DNA from: Candidatus Saccharimonadota bacterium
Lineage (GTDB): Bacteria > Patescibacteriota > Saccharimonadia > CAILAD01 > BJGX01
DNA: 64,000 nt
Reading direction: 5' to 3'
NCBI GenBank assembly: GCA_046350735.1
Contig: JAXLZU010000001.1
Location: forward strand, 574,297-638,296
The notes beneath the pieces are model-generated. The model had not been told where the DNA came from and did no database searches. It was given only the letters and a program-made list of their open reading frames with translations. Both the position numbers and the translations under genes were made by a program. This document shows, one piece after another, positions 38,231-48,411 of the stretch (within the stretch, counting starts at the first letter, position 1; each line of letters starts with the position of its first letter).

Positions 38231-38430
38231 AAAAAACACCGCTCTACTCGCCACTTGGCGAAGCGGTGTCAGGGCTCGGGTTGGTTACCGAACGGTACCA
38301 CCTGACTCTCTCTTAACAACAAGAGAAAACTTCATTTACCGTCTTTACGAGACTTATTACGTCGGGGTCTACTTACTCTTAATACTAGAGGTTCTTCCCG
38401 CTGCTTCGTGGTTGATAGCCACTCATCTGC
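38231..38430 (-). ncRNA. T-box riboswitch (Ile), ultrashort stem I, with terminator
   Basis: GGTGGTACCG T-box (38293-38302); AUC specifier in GTGGCT-ATC-AACCAC (38414-38416); GGAAGAAC...AGTAGACCCCG stem II; terminator at 38231-38270. Confidence 0.88.
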
Positions 38431-38492
38431 CAATAAGCAGAGTGCATGTATCTAAGATTTAGTATACAATACCAACTTATTTCAATCAAGTA

Positions 38493-38753
38493 CTAGACTC
38501 TACCTAATGCAGCAGATATCTGACTAACCTGTGGCAAACTATGCTGCCAAGTATGCACAGGGGCGCCATCGGCACGCGTTACCACAACTGCCGGAGCATC
38601 TAAGATATCAAGCACCTCAGCACTAGCAGCTGCTTCTGGCTCGTCAACATTAAAGAGAGAGTATTCCATACTAGCCTCACTCAGTTGATCGAGTAACAAT
38701 TGGAGTTCTTCGGTAATACCGGTAGAAGCAGTAAAGAATATTTTGATTTGCAT
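38493..38753 (-). CDS. Thioredoxin/glutaredoxin-like fold protein lacking CxxC
   Basis: IKIFFT...NVDEPEA...ILDAPAVVV pattern; downstream of nrdR. Confidence 0.6.
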   Translation of the reverse strand: MQIKIFFTASTGITEELQLLLDQLSEASMEYSLFNVDEPEAAASAEVLDILDAPAVVVTRADGAPVHTWQHSLPQVSQISAALGRV

Positions 38754-38859
38754 ATTTTCTATTTTGGGCTACTTTATTCATATTCGCAAATAATATATAA
38801 CTAATAGACCTATAATTAGGTATAATTTAGTATTTCTGTATACATTATTTGTGCTATTG

Positions 38860-39327
38860 CTATTTCTGTGGTTTTTGGCGTTTCTTGAGCCGATAAAATT
38901 CTTTTTCGAAACTTTCTAGATCTGTAAAACTACGATAAACACTGGCAAAACGCACATAGGCAACATCATCGATTACTATAAGTTCTTTCATTACCATTTC
39001 GCCCAGTTCCTGACTAGTAATTTCTTGTTTGTTACCCGAGAGTATTGTCTGCTCTAGTTTGGCTAACATTTGCTCGACAACTTCAGCAGAAACCGGCCGT
39101 TTTTCGACAGCACGATAGATTCCTCGGGCCAATTTCGCCCTATCATAACTTTCTCTCTCTCCACTCTTCTTAATAACCATAAGATGAGGAATCTCGATAC
39201 GCTCGTATGTAGTAAAGCGTGCACCACATTTGGCACACTCGCGACGACGCCGAATAGAAACATCATCGCTGCCATCGCGCGACTCTAAGACCCGGATATC
39301 GGTATGATTACAAACCGGGCACTTCAT
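38860..39327 (-). CDS. nrdR: Transcriptional repressor NrdR
   Basis: MKCPVC, IRRRRECAKCGARFTTYER, ATP-cone, VAYVRFASVY. Confidence 0.97.
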   Translation of the reverse strand: MKCPVCNHTDIRVLESRDGSDDVSIRRRRECAKCGARFTTYERIEIPHLMVIKKSGERESYDRAKLARGIYRAVEKRPVSAEVVEQMLAKLEQTILSGNKQEITSQELGEMVMKELIVIDDVAYVRFASVYRSFTDLESFEKEFYRLKKRQKPQK

Positions 39328-39341
39328 ACACCACTAACTAT

Positions 39342-40784
39342 TTATAACTTTCGTTTAATAAACGATGGAATATCGTCATCACTACCTTGGCCACTAACCT
39401 TTTTATTGTGACGTAAGAATGCAGGCTTATCGAGATTGTCCTCATCTTCTTCTGAAAAACTTGGCTCTACAGTTTCCACAATAGGCTCGCTTTTATCGAG
39501 TTTGGGCTGCTCACTCTCATTGTGTAACATGTTTTCATCAAGCTCAAACCCAATTAGTTCTTCATCAGCAGGAGGTTCGCTCACTTCAGGCTCAGTTGGT
39601 TCGGCTTGTATCATAGGTACGGTGTCAGTATCTTCGATAGGCTGTGGCTTTTCTCTCCGCAAGAATGGAACTCGCAAATTACGTTCTTGGTGCTGTTTTT
39701 CATATTCTTCAGCAAGAGTAGATTCTTCGCGCGCACCGTTTTGTGTGGGAGAACTTTGAGAACTTGGCACACTAATAGGTGGTAATTCATCACGACTATT
39801 AGCACCAAAACCTAACATAGAACCAAATCTATCGCTTTCAAACCCAGTAGCTACTAGGGTAACTCGTACTTCACCTGTAATATTCTCATCAATTACGGTA
39901 CCAAAGATAATATTTGCTTCTGGGTCAACCGCATCATGAACCAGCTTAGCAGCTTCTTCGATTTCGTGCATACCCATATCTCTTCCGCCTGTGAAGTTAA
40001 TAAGTACACCCTTAGCACCAGTAATAGATACTTCGAGTAGCGGTGAGTCCATGGCCTGTTTTACTGCATCAATTGCACGAGTATCGCCTGCTCCCTGGCC
40101 AATACCCATAAGTGCCGAGCCGGCATCTGACATAATAGATTTAACGTCAGCAAAATCGAGATTAACCAAACCATTTACCGTAATGAGATCGGCAATACCT
40201 TGCACACCCTGCTTGAGAACATCATCGACGGCACCAAAAGCATCAAGTAATGAAGTTTTACGATCAATAATCTGCAAAATGCGATCATTAGGAATAACAA
40301 TAAGAGTATCAACTTTATCACGGAGTTCTTCTATGCCCTGTTCTGACACTTTACGTCGGCGATCGCCCTCGAAAGTAAATGGTTTAGTAACGATACCGAC
40401 AGTAAGTGCGCCAATCTCCTTAGCAATACGGGCCACTACTGGTGCAGCTCCTGTACCAGTACCACCACCTGTACCTACAGTAATAAAGACCATTTCTGAG
40501 TTTTTGAGAGCTTCGTAAATATCAGCTTCTGATTCTTCAGCGGCTTGGCGACCAATATCGGGGTTGGCTCCTGCACCTAGACCCTTAGTGGCTTCTTTGC
40601 CGATATGAACCTTTTTGTTAGCTTGGGAGTAGTGAAGCGCCTGAGCATCGGTGTTTATTGAGACAAAATCAATACCGCGCAGTTTCGATTGAACCATGCG
40701 ATTTAGTGCGTTACCACCACCCCCACCAATACCAACAACTTTAATGCGGGCAAATGTTTCTATTTCTGGCAAAATTTCTGCCAT
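39342..40784 (-). CDS. ftsZ: Cell division protein FtsZ
   Basis: [23 protein letters not shown]-terminal DIPSFIKR. Confidence 0.98.
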   Translation of the reverse strand: MAEILPEIETFARIKVVGIGGGGGNALNRMVQSKLRGIDFVSINTDAQALHYSQANKKVHIGKEATKGLGAGANPDIGRQAAEESEADIYEALKNSEMVFITVGTGGGTGTGAAPVVARIAKEIGALTVGIVTKPFTFEGDRRRKVSEQGIEELRDKVDTLIVIPNDRILQIIDRKTSLLDAFGAVDDVLKQGVQGIADLITVNGLVNLDFADVKSIMSDAGSALMGIGQGAGDTRAIDAVKQAMDSPLLEVSITGAKGVLINFTGGRDMGMHEIEEAAKLVHDAVDPEANIIFGTVIDENITGEVRVTLVATGFESDRFGSMLGFGANSRDELPPISVPSSQSSPTQNGAREESTLAEEYEKQHQERNLRVPFLRREKPQPIEDTDTVPMIQAEPTEPEVSEPPADEELIGFELDENMLHNESEQPKLDKSEPIVETVEPSFSEEDEDNLDKPAFLRHNKKVSGQGSDDDIPSFIKRKL

Positions 40785-40827
40785 AGAACGTTCTCCTTAT
40801 CTAATACAAATTGTAATAATTTCTTCT

Positions 40828-40938
40828 AAAAAGGCAGGCCAGAGATGGCCTGCCAGAACAGGATAAAATCCTTGCCACACACTCTTGTTACGCTTCAAGA
40901 GATACTATTAGTATAGCTAGTTGTAGTGGCTAATACAA
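40828..40938 (-). promoter_or_regulatory. ftsZ promoter with structured leader ending in an intrinsic terminator
   Basis: TTGTAT-17-TATACT; downstream GGCAGGCCA-TCTC-TGGCCTGCC-TTTTT before the SD AAGGAG. Confidence 0.65.
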
Positions 40939-41020
40939 TATATTTGTTCAAGTTTTTTTAAAAAATCTTATGATTAAAAAATGTGTTCAATATATGTATT
41001 AATGTATTCGTTTAGACAAC

Positions 41021-41040
41021 AAAAAAACGCCTGATTGGCG
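41021..41040 (-). terminator. Terminator after ftsA
   Basis: CGCC-AATCA-GGCG-T7 on the minus strand. Confidence 0.65.
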
Positions 41041-41069
41041 CATTTACTTACAAATGAGTAATGTATCGA

Positions 41070-42314
41070 CTAAGGCAAAAGTCCTTTAATAATCGAAACC
41101 GCCTTAGCTGAGATAGTATGCAAAACGTTACTATGTCCTATTCTCTTGGTATTTTTTGGTTGTTGCATGTCTTCGAGCATCAAGCCAATAGCCGATGCAT
41201 AGGTTGGGTCAGAGATATGCTCAGCAACACCACTAATATGAGAAACTTTGGCTACCGTAGAGGGGACCTTAAAAACCTCAGTAGCATACCTTCCTAGTTC
41301 GGTAATATTTGCCCCTCCTCCACTAAAAACAATCCCTGCGCCGAGAACTTTAGGGTCTTTAACTACCTTTATAACCTCTTCTTTGGCAAGCGTGAGAATC
41401 TCTTCGAGACGAGAATGTACTATGGTGTCAATATCATACTGATATACATTACCGGCCGAGCCATAATCTTCGAGATTGATCTTTTTATTTGTCTTACCCA
41501 TTGGTCGTCCGGCAATAGCATGATCGAGCTTGATCTTTTCGGCTACTTCTGGAGTAGTACGCAAGCCATAGACCAAGTCTTTGGTAATATTGTTGCTACC
41601 GATTGGCAAAATAGAGGTGTAGCTAATCATGCCATCCTGATAAATTGCTATACCGGTAGTCTCAGCACCTATATGTACAAGTGCCACCCCTGCTTCTTTT
41701 TCACTAAGCTTTAGTATGGCCTTTGCGGCCGCTAGCGGTGTGGGTAGTTGAGAATTAATAGCAATACCTGAGCGAAAAACTGAATTGTGTAGGTTTTTCA
41801 TTGCTGGTATAGAAACTGTTAAGATATGGGTATCTACTTCTAGCTTAATACCATTCATACCGACCGGATCTACCACATTTGTCTGGTCGTCTACCGAGTA
41901 TGAACGAGGTATAACACTCAGAAGCTGGCGATTGGCATTGAGAGTAATGGCACTAGCGGCTTCTTCGGCTCTGGCGAGGTCTTCGAGTGCAATCTCGTGA
42001 TCAGCCCTTGCTACTGCTACAACACCCTTAGAATTCATACATTGCACCTGCACACCATCGACATTAATTGTAGCGCGCTCGATAGCTACCCCACTCATGC
42101 GTTCGGCTTCTTCTAGGGCTGCAGTAATAGCACTTACAGTTTCTTCGACGTCATTCACCACACCTCGACGCACGCCACTAAGAGGTGCAACACCAAGCCC
42201 AATAATACTAGGGGTAGCCGACTCAGCCTGGGCCAGACCAACCACACAAACAACTTTGCTGCTGCCAATATCTAGCCCAACATATGTGGCTTCGTGTTTT
42301 TGCTTTGTGCTCAT
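41070..42314 (-). CDS. ftsA: Cell division protein FtsA
   Basis: GLDIGSSKV, AERMSG, AEKIK, SGGGA. Confidence 0.96.
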   Translation of the reverse strand: MSTKQKHEATYVGLDIGSSKVVCVVGLAQAESATPSIIGLGVAPLSGVRRGVVNDVEETVSAITAALEEAERMSGVAIERATINVDGVQVQCMNSKGVVAVARADHEIALEDLARAEEAASAITLNANRQLLSVIPRSYSVDDQTNVVDPVGMNGIKLEVDTHILTVSIPAMKNLHNSVFRSGIAINSQLPTPLAAAKAILKLSEKEAGVALVHIGAETTGIAIYQDGMISYTSILPIGSNNITKDLVYGLRTTPEVAEKIKLDHAIAGRPMGKTNKKINLEDYGSAGNVYQYDIDTIVHSRLEEILTLAKEEVIKVVKDPKVLGAGIVFSGGGANITELGRYATEVFKVPSTVAKVSHISGVAEHISDPTYASAIGLMLEDMQQPKNTKRIGHSNVLHTISAKAVSIIKGLLP

Positions 42315-42365
42315 ATGTAACGATTATACCTGTTTTGAGCTTATGATTGCAAACAGCAAAAATGC

Positions 42366-43118
42366 TTATGGCAAGGTAAGAATTTCGGCACCGTCCTCGG
42401 TAATAAGTATGGTGTGCTCAAATTGTGCCGACAGGCTTCCGTCTTCGGTTACGTACGTCCAACCATCGTCTGCTAGATAGGTTTCGTGCGTAGAGAGTGA
42501 CGCAATTGGTTCGAGAGCAATAGTCATGCCAGCTTTAAGCGCTTGGCCTGTACCCTTGGTGCCAAAGTTGGCAATAAAAGGATCTTCGTGAACAGTGTGA
42601 CCAACACCGTGCCCACCTAAAGCATCAATAACTTTTAGTCCACCTTCCTCTAGGGTAGCTTCTATCTGAGCGCCAATACTACCCACTCTTACACCATCTT
42701 TGAGAATACTAATAGCATCATTAAGTGCTTTTTGCGTGTAGGTAAGCAGCTTTTGGGCGGCTGGGCTAACTCTGCCAACTGCTACAGTAACCGCCGAGTC
42801 TGTGATCATGCCATTAAATTCAACGCCAAAATCAAGCCCGACTAAGTCACCCTCTTGCACAACTTTTTCACCAGGAATACCATGCACAATTTCGTTGTTA
42901 ATAGATATACAGATGTTAGCTGGAAAGCCATTATACCCCAAGAAAGCTGCTTTGGCCTGACGTTTGGTAAGCTCATCGGCCGCAATAACATCGAGCTGAG
43001 ATGTAGTTACGCCCGGCTTAGTTGCAGCTGCCACGATTTGTAATATTTCACCAAGGATACGCCCACTTTGGCGCATATTCTCTATCTCTTCTGTTGTTTT
43101 TATCTGTGTCTTCATCAT
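42366..43118 (-). CDS. map: Methionine aminopeptidase type I
   Basis: CISINNEIVHGIP, GHGVG..VHEDP, ALEP, SAQFEHT. Confidence 0.97.
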   Translation of the reverse strand: MMKTQIKTTEEIENMRQSGRILGEILQIVAAATKPGVTTSQLDVIAADELTKRQAKAAFLGYNGFPANICISINNEIVHGIPGEKVVQEGDLVGLDFGVEFNGMITDSAVTVAVGRVSPAAQKLLTYTQKALNDAISILKDGVRVGSIGAQIEATLEEGGLKVIDALGGHGVGHTVHEDPFIANFGTKGTGQALKAGMTIALEPIASLSTHETYLADDGWTYVTEDGSLSAQFEHTILITEDGAEILTLP

Positions 43119-43687
43119 CGTTTCGGTAGGGTTAGTTTTTTGTTAAGTTCTGCATCGAGCTGAGTAAAAATTTCTTTAGGTGACTTACTGGCGTCAATCT
43201 CTATAAAGTTTGTAGGGTATGTGAGTCGAAAATATTCTTTTACTGGCTCGGTAAACTTTTTAAACTCCTTAAGCCGCTCAAGTACCGCATCTGGTGCATC
43301 ATCATCACGGGCACGTAGCTTAAGTCGTAGGCGCACATCTGCATCAGAGACTGCAAAATATACCACTGCCGCTAAGTGAGCATTGGCTTTGGTTAAGTAC
43401 CTCTCGAGTGTATGGGCTTGCTCACTGTGTCGGGGGTAACCATCACTTACAAAAATAGCATCTGACTCTAACGTATGTATCTGCTCGACCAGTAGTCCAT
43501 CTACAATAGAATCTTCTACTAGCTCGCCATGTTTTAGCGTATCTGCCACTACAGCGTCACTCTTGGCGCGAGCACGCACTAAATCACCAAGACGAATTAT
43601 CTCGACAGCGTATTTTTCAGTTAGTAAATCGGCCTGCGTATCTTTACCCGAGCCAGTCTTACCCAAAAAAACAATACACTGCTTCAA
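43115..43687 (-). CDS. adk: Adenylate kinase family
   Basis: GKTGSGKDTQA, DGYPR, RARDDD. Confidence 0.88.
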   Translation of the reverse strand: MKQCIVFLGKTGSGKDTQADLLTEKYAVEIIRLGDLVRARAKSDAVVADTLKHGELVEDSIVDGLLVEQIHTLESDAIFVSDGYPRHSEQAHTLERYLTKANAHLAAVVYFAVSDADVRLRLKLRARDDDAPDAVLERLKEFKKFTEPVKEYFRLTYPTNFIEIDASKSPKEIFTQLDAELNKKLTLPKR

Positions 43688-43688
43688 G

Positions 43689-44060
43689 CTATTTACCCAC
43701 TACATGCATAATAATATCGAAAATTTTAGGAACAAAGATTACCGTAGCTACAATAATTGCACTAATTGCCGTTATCAACACACCAGCAGCAGTCATGTCT
43801 TTGATAATCTTTATCAGTTGATTATTTTCTTGACTAATCAGATCGAGACTTTTCTCGATAGCTGTATTGGTAATTTCGGCAAAAAATACCAATGCTATAG
43901 ATACAACAATAAACAACCATTCTTGTAAATCTATCTTAAGCACAATACTCAACAGTAGAGCCAAAATAGCAAAAAAGATGTGAATTCGGGCGTTACGCTC
44001 TGAGCTAAGCACCATACGTAAACCGTGGGCTGCATAGCGAAAACTCTTAAGGGTTACCAT
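43689..44060 (-). CDS. dgkA: Diacylglycerol/undecaprenol kinase
   Basis: SFRYAAHGL, ERNARIH, EITNTAIE, KDMTAAGVL. Confidence 0.92.
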   Translation of the reverse strand: MVTLKSFRYAAHGLRMVLSSERNARIHIFFAILALLLSIVLKIDLQEWLFIVVSIALVFFAEITNTAIEKSLDLISQENNQLIKIIKDMTAAGVLITAISAIIVATVIFVPKIFDIIMHVVGK

Positions 44061-44509
44061 GGCATATTCCTTGCAGTAAGATTGAGTTTTTTCATAATTG
44101 CATTTTGGGCTTGTTGATACTTTTGCTGATCTTGCAGAGTCTGGTGGTCATTGCCAAGAGTGTGCAAAAGACCATGAACAAACAGTAGACAGATCTCTTC
44201 TTGCAGACTTACATTATACTGCTTGGCTTGAAGGCGTGCAATTGGTGTACAGATAATTATCTCTGCTGCGGCCAAACCTTTCTCGTGTTTTTCTACCGGA
44301 TAGCTCAAGCTAAGCACATCGGTAGGATAATCATTGCCGGTATTACTACTATTAATGTGCCGCGACTCTGCTTTTGTAACAAACGATACGTGTACTTGGC
44401 CATCTAACTGGGCTTTTTGGGTATCAAACGTAACCTCAAGAGCACGTTGCAACAATGACAAAGTAATACCTTCCGGAAGTTTAGTATTCATAACAATCCG
44501 ATTATTCAT
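44054..44509 (-). CDS. ybeY: rRNA maturation endoribonuclease YbeY
   Basis: DYPTDVLS, HGLLHTLGNDH. Confidence 0.92.
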   Translation of the reverse strand: MNNRIVMNTKLPEGITLSLLQRALEVTFDTQKAQLDGQVHVSFVTKAESRHINSSNTGNDYPTDVLSLSYPVEKHEKGLAAAEIIICTPIARLQAKQYNVSLQEEICLLFVHGLLHTLGNDHQTLQDQQKYQQAQNAIMKKLNLTARNMPW

Positions 44510-44523
44510 ATATAAAGCAGTTG

Positions 44524-45006
44524 TTACGACAGGCGTGATTTTACTATGGCGCTTAACTGTGCACCATCTGCGGCACCTGCAGATTTTTTCTGGGCAACAC
44601 CCATCACCTTACCCATATCGGCCATCGAGGTGGCACCTACTTCGGCAATTGCCTCGTCTACCAATTTTTCGAGATCAGCTTGGCTCATTTTGGCGGGCAA
44701 ATATTCATCGATAATTTCTAGCTCAGCGGTTTCTTCTTTTACCAAATCGTCGCGGCCAGCACTTTTGTATTGCTCGATAGAGTCTTGGTGTTTTTTAGCT
44801 TCTTTTTGTAAGACCGACATTATCTGTTGAGGAGAAAGGTCTTCACCTACTTCTATTTTATAGTTGAGCAATGCTGTTTTTAGCAAACGAAGAACAGTTA
44901 GGCGAATCTGGTCGCGAGCTTTTGCAGCCTCGGCTAAATCAGCCTCAAGCTGAGAAAGGTCGTTTAACGACTTAGCATTCTCTTCTGGCTGCACAGCGTT
45001 TGACAT
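44524..45006 (-). CDS. yqeY: GatB/YqeY domain protein
   Basis: LRLLKTAL, DSIEQYKSAGRDDL, DMGKVMG. Confidence 0.93.
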   Translation of the reverse strand: MSNAVQPEENAKSLNDLSQLEADLAEAAKARDQIRLTVLRLLKTALLNYKIEVGEDLSPQQIMSVLQKEAKKHQDSIEQYKSAGRDDLVKEETAELEIIDEYLPAKMSQADLEKLVDEAIAEVGATSMADMGKVMGVAQKKSAGAADGAQLSAIVKSRLS

Positions 45007-45009
45007 ATA

Positions 45010-45219
45010 CTACCGAATTCCTAATATTTCGCGAGTTTTAGCTTCTTTACGGATTCGTTTGCGAATAGCCACCTCGCGTGCCTCACGTTTACTTAAGGGT
45101 TTTTCGAAATATCGCTTTTTACGAGCTGTGGCGACAATACCAGATTGAATGACTTTCTTATTAAAACGACGAACCATACTTTCGGTAGATTCACCTTCTT
45201 TGAGAGTAACTTGTAACAA
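45010..45219 (-). CDS. rpsU: 30S ribosomal protein S21
   Basis: EGESTESMVRRFNKKV, YFEKP. Confidence 0.9.
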   Translation of the reverse strand: MLQVTLKEGESTESMVRRFNKKVIQSGIVATARKKRYFEKPLSKREAREVAIRKRIRKEAKTREILGIR

Positions 45220-45452
45220 AAGTTGTTTCCTTTCTTAAATATAATCAGCAAAATTGAACTAGAGCGTGGCTATTTTTGTGGCCTCGCTAAATGCTTGCCT
45301 TATTATAGCGAAAATCTACTGTTATGGCAAGATAATTATCAGATAAACTACTGGTGTACATTTTGGAGATAGGGTGAATACATATATTTTTACTATTCTA
45401 AATAAATAAATACTTTATTTAGAGTATTTTTTAGTGTTTTTGTATACATATA

Positions 45453-47135
45453 TTATTCTTTTTTATTTGCTGTAGTAATTATTACATCTACCAATTCCAA
45501 TTGGATTTCGCGCACCCCCTGCCACTCATTTTCGTTTATATAATAGGCAAAGTCATACTTCTCGCCAACTTTTAGCTCTTTCCAAGCTATAGCTTTAGAG
45601 AAAGCAATTGCTGAGAATATCTTGTTATCACCACGTAATTGTAACTTGAGATGATTTAGATCTTTACCAATAGGTCGCAGGCTAAAAATCTCTAGAGTAG
45701 AGGCAAAAAGTGGCTGAGGATGAGCATTGCCATATGGAGCCAGCAACCTAATCTCATCGTATGATTCTTTACTAATTGTGTCTGGGCTAAGAACAGCATC
45801 TATGGTATATGTTTTTAAGATATCCTCAACATTAAGGTTTTTCATACCATACTGGTTAATGGCATGGCGGAAGGCTGGAATATTCTCGGTAGGTAACGTA
45901 ACCCCAGCTGCAAAATGATGCCCGCCAAACTTATCCAGATACCCGCTAGCTGATTCTATTGCCTCAATAATCGAAAAGTTACCCAAACTTCTTGCTGAAC
46001 CCTTGGCGCTCTCACCAAGTTCTTGCAAAAGTATAGTGGGTTTGCGTAGCTTCTCGGAGAGATTAGAAGCAACAATGCCAACGGTTCCGTGTGACCAATT
46101 CGGATCAGAAAGCACTAAAATACAGTCTTGTTTGTGGGCTCTAGCTTTTTTGCTCGCAGAAGCAAGTATCTCTGCGGTAGTCGCTTGACGCTCGGTATTA
46201 AGTAATTGTAACTTTTGAGCACAATCGTCAGCCACAGCTTCTGTCTCTGCTAATAATGTTGCTAGACCAACTTTGGCATGGTCTACCCTACCAGCAGCAT
46301 TTAACCTTGGTCCAAAACGAAAGCCAAAATCGGTTTCACTTACCTTGTTTAGATCTGTACCGCTTACCTTGGCTAGAGCTCGAAATCCTGGGCGACGTCC
46401 TTTTTGTGCAACCATTAGCCCATAACGCGCCAAGATTCTGTTTTCGTTAATGAGTGGCACAACATCACAGATAGTACCAAGAGCTACCAAATCGAGAAGC
46501 CATTTTTCTTGGCCTTCTGGTACTATGCCTGGGTGGAGAGCTATAATCGCACGCACCAGCGCAAATGCCACACCCACACCAGCCAGCTCTTTAAACGGAT
46601 ACTCTTGGCCTGAAAGCTTTGGGTTAATAACTGCCAAAGCACTGGGTTTTTTGCCAATTGGCTCGTGATGATCGGTAATAATTAGGTCTAGCTGTATTTT
46701 TTTGGCATAGTCTGCCTCTACTGCCGAATTTACGCCGCAATCTACCGTAATTACCAGATCTGCAGCTTGGTCTTTCAATTTTTTTAGAGCTGATTTGTTA
46801 ATACCGTAGCCTTCACTAAATCTATCTGGAATATATGTTTCTACAGTGATGCCAATTTGTGTAAAAAAATCGTATAACAATGCAGAAGCAGTAATACCGT
46901 CTATATCATAATCGCCATAAATAACCAGTTTTTCTTTACTCACTCGAGCTTGCATAATACGCTTTACGGCTGTCTTCATGCCACTAAGTAGCAATGGGTC
47001 GTTAAGGCCTGTAGTATAATTGGCATTTGTAAAATACTCTGCCTCTTCTTTAGAAAACCCACGGCCAAACAAAATCTGCTCTGCTAACGTTGAGCTGTCT
47101 TTTACCTCGGGCAGGTATTGCCAGTGTGTCTTCAT
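45453..47135 (-). CDS. recJ: ssDNA exonuclease RecJ
   Basis: YGDYDIDG, TVDCG, TDHH, PRLNAAGR, GGHHFAAG. Confidence 0.96.
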   Translation of the reverse strand: MKTHWQYLPEVKDSSTLAEQILFGRGFSKEEAEYFTNANYTTGLNDPLLLSGMKTAVKRIMQARVSKEKLVIYGDYDIDGITASALLYDFFTQIGITVETYIPDRFSEGYGINKSALKKLKDQAADLVITVDCGVNSAVEADYAKKIQLDLIITDHHEPIGKKPSALAVINPKLSGQEYPFKELAGVGVAFALVRAIIALHPGIVPEGQEKWLLDLVALGTICDVVPLINENRILARYGLMVAQKGRRPGFRALAKVSGTDLNKVSETDFGFRFGPRLNAAGRVDHAKVGLATLLAETEAVADDCAQKLQLLNTERQATTAEILASASKKARAHKQDCILVLSDPNWSHGTVGIVASNLSEKLRKPTILLQELGESAKGSARSLGNFSIIEAIESASGYLDKFGGHHFAAGVTLPTENIPAFRHAINQYGMKNLNVEDILKTYTIDAVLSPDTISKESYDEIRLLAPYGNAHPQPLFASTLEIFSLRPIGKDLNHLKLQLRGDNKIFSAIAFSKAIAWKELKVGEKYDFAYYINENEWQGVREIQLELVDVIITTANKKE

Positions 47136-47154
47136 ACCATCTATTATAACGGGT

Positions 47155-47685
47155 TTATACTTCAGGAGTGAGAGTATCAATTATTGATTTGCCATGGTCT
47201 TTAGAAATGTTTATTGCCGCATACGTCTCTTTGTCTACAAAATATACTTCAATACCTGCTTCTTTCATAGCAACCAAACCTGAAGAATAATCTTCTTTGC
47301 CAATTGGCTTTACCGTAGTTTTGGATGTCCATTCTAGATTTCCCATATTCTTATGGGGGTCAAAACTAAAATCCTTGGGATCTAACCAGTAAACGGTGCC
47401 GCCAACATCTGCCTCCTCGAATCGATGTCTATCACTTATAATTATGTGCCAAGGCCCAACCCTACCACCATCAGTGTATCTACCAAGTGTCGTCCAGTCA
47501 TCACTGGTTCGCACCAAGAAAAGTTTTGCATACACTTTATCTGGGGTGGCAAATACTACTGGACCTTCATAGAAATCTCTATAATGTTCTTTACTAGGGA
47601 TAAATTCTAAAATATTTTTGTTTTGAGAAGCATGATAAAGAAGTTTGGGAGCTTTAGTCTTGGGGATATAGAATTGTTTGTCCAT
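47155..47685 (-). CDS. Hypothetical protein
   Basis: LYHAS...PVVFAT pattern (weakly ADP-ribosyltransferase-like); ATG 7 nt after TATAAT. Confidence 0.7.
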   Translation of the reverse strand: MDKQFYIPKTKAPKLLYHASQNKNILEFIPSKEHYRDFYEGPVVFATPDKVYAKLFLVRTSDDWTTLGRYTDGGRVGPWHIIISDRHRFEEADVGGTVYWLDPKDFSFDPHKNMGNLEWTSKTTVKPIGKEDYSSGLVAMKEAGIEVYFVDKETYAAINISKDHGKSIIDTLTPEV

Positions 47686-47723
47686 GCACGCATTATACGG
47701 CAAGCTTGCACTATTTGTTCGAC

Positions 47724-47918
47724 TTATCGATAGTTACTCAAAAAATACGATGAGCTACTGCGTGTTTTAAACCCCATAGGGGTTGTCGGGACACCAAAGC
47801 TGCGTCGGTTTTGCAAGTATTCTTGTGTCTTTGCAAGCTTATCGCGTCTTTGCTCGGCAAGTTGGTGGCTACTTTTGCGCGAAAACGGACTAAATATTTT
47901 TTTTGCTTTTTGTATCAT
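47724..47918 (-). CDS. Small basic hypothetical protein
   Basis: 64-aa ORF with SD AAGGT. Confidence 0.5.
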   Translation of the reverse strand: MIQKAKKIFSPFSRKSSHQLAEQRRDKLAKTQEYLQNRRSFGVPTTPMGFKTRSSSSYFLSNYR

Positions 47919-47985
47919 TGTTGTTACTACCTTTTTTATTGTTTTTTATTATTTTTTTTCGAAACTGACCGGCTAGTTTAGTGCA

Positions 47986-48294
47986 TTACGCCCTCTTGTT
48001 GGATGTCTTTAATACCATGCTCTGTAATTCTTTAAATAAGAGAAATGTCTGATTGGCCCAATAAATCTTGGTATTACCGTCTTTAGACGATCGCACATAG
48101 CCAATCTTCTCAAGCCGTTGCAGCTCGCGCGCTATATTGCCGGGATCTTCCTTAATGATTTTCGCCAATCCACGAATATGTATCTTATAATCGGGATATT
48201 TCGAAAACAACATAATAATTTTTCGACGAGTCTTAGATGTAATAAAATATTGCAGCATTTTTATCTTGGTTTTCCCCTCTTTTTTCTCCCTCAC
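47986..48294 (-). CDS. Stand-alone winged-HTH protein (start may be 48258)
   Basis: SKTRRKII, HIRGLAKII...NIARELQRLEKIG, GNTKIYWAN. Confidence 0.82.
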   Translation of the reverse strand: MREKKEGKTKIKMLQYFITSKTRRKIIMLFSKYPDYKIHIRGLAKIIKEDPGNIARELQRLEKIGYVRSSKDGNTKIYWANQTFLLFKELQSMVLKTSNKRA

Positions 48295-48411
48295 TTGTTG
48301 TCTCTAGTATAACGTAATAAATGTCACAATTACAACACTTTTTTGAAAGTTTTTATGCTATACTATTATTAAATAAGTAAAATAAACAACGAAGATAAAA
48401 AGTAGCTATTT

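Noticed and set aside
40914-40948. Two NrdR-box-like words upstream of ftsZ-nrdR (gCTAGTTGTAGTG, aCAATATATTTGT)
   Set aside because: Each has a mismatch at a conserved position and they are 19 bp apart, not the usual ~31 bp tandem spacing.
45240-45330. Hairpin with gccac repeat in the rpsU leader as an autoregulatory RNA
   Set aside because: Weak, imperfect stem; cannot be supported without comparative data.
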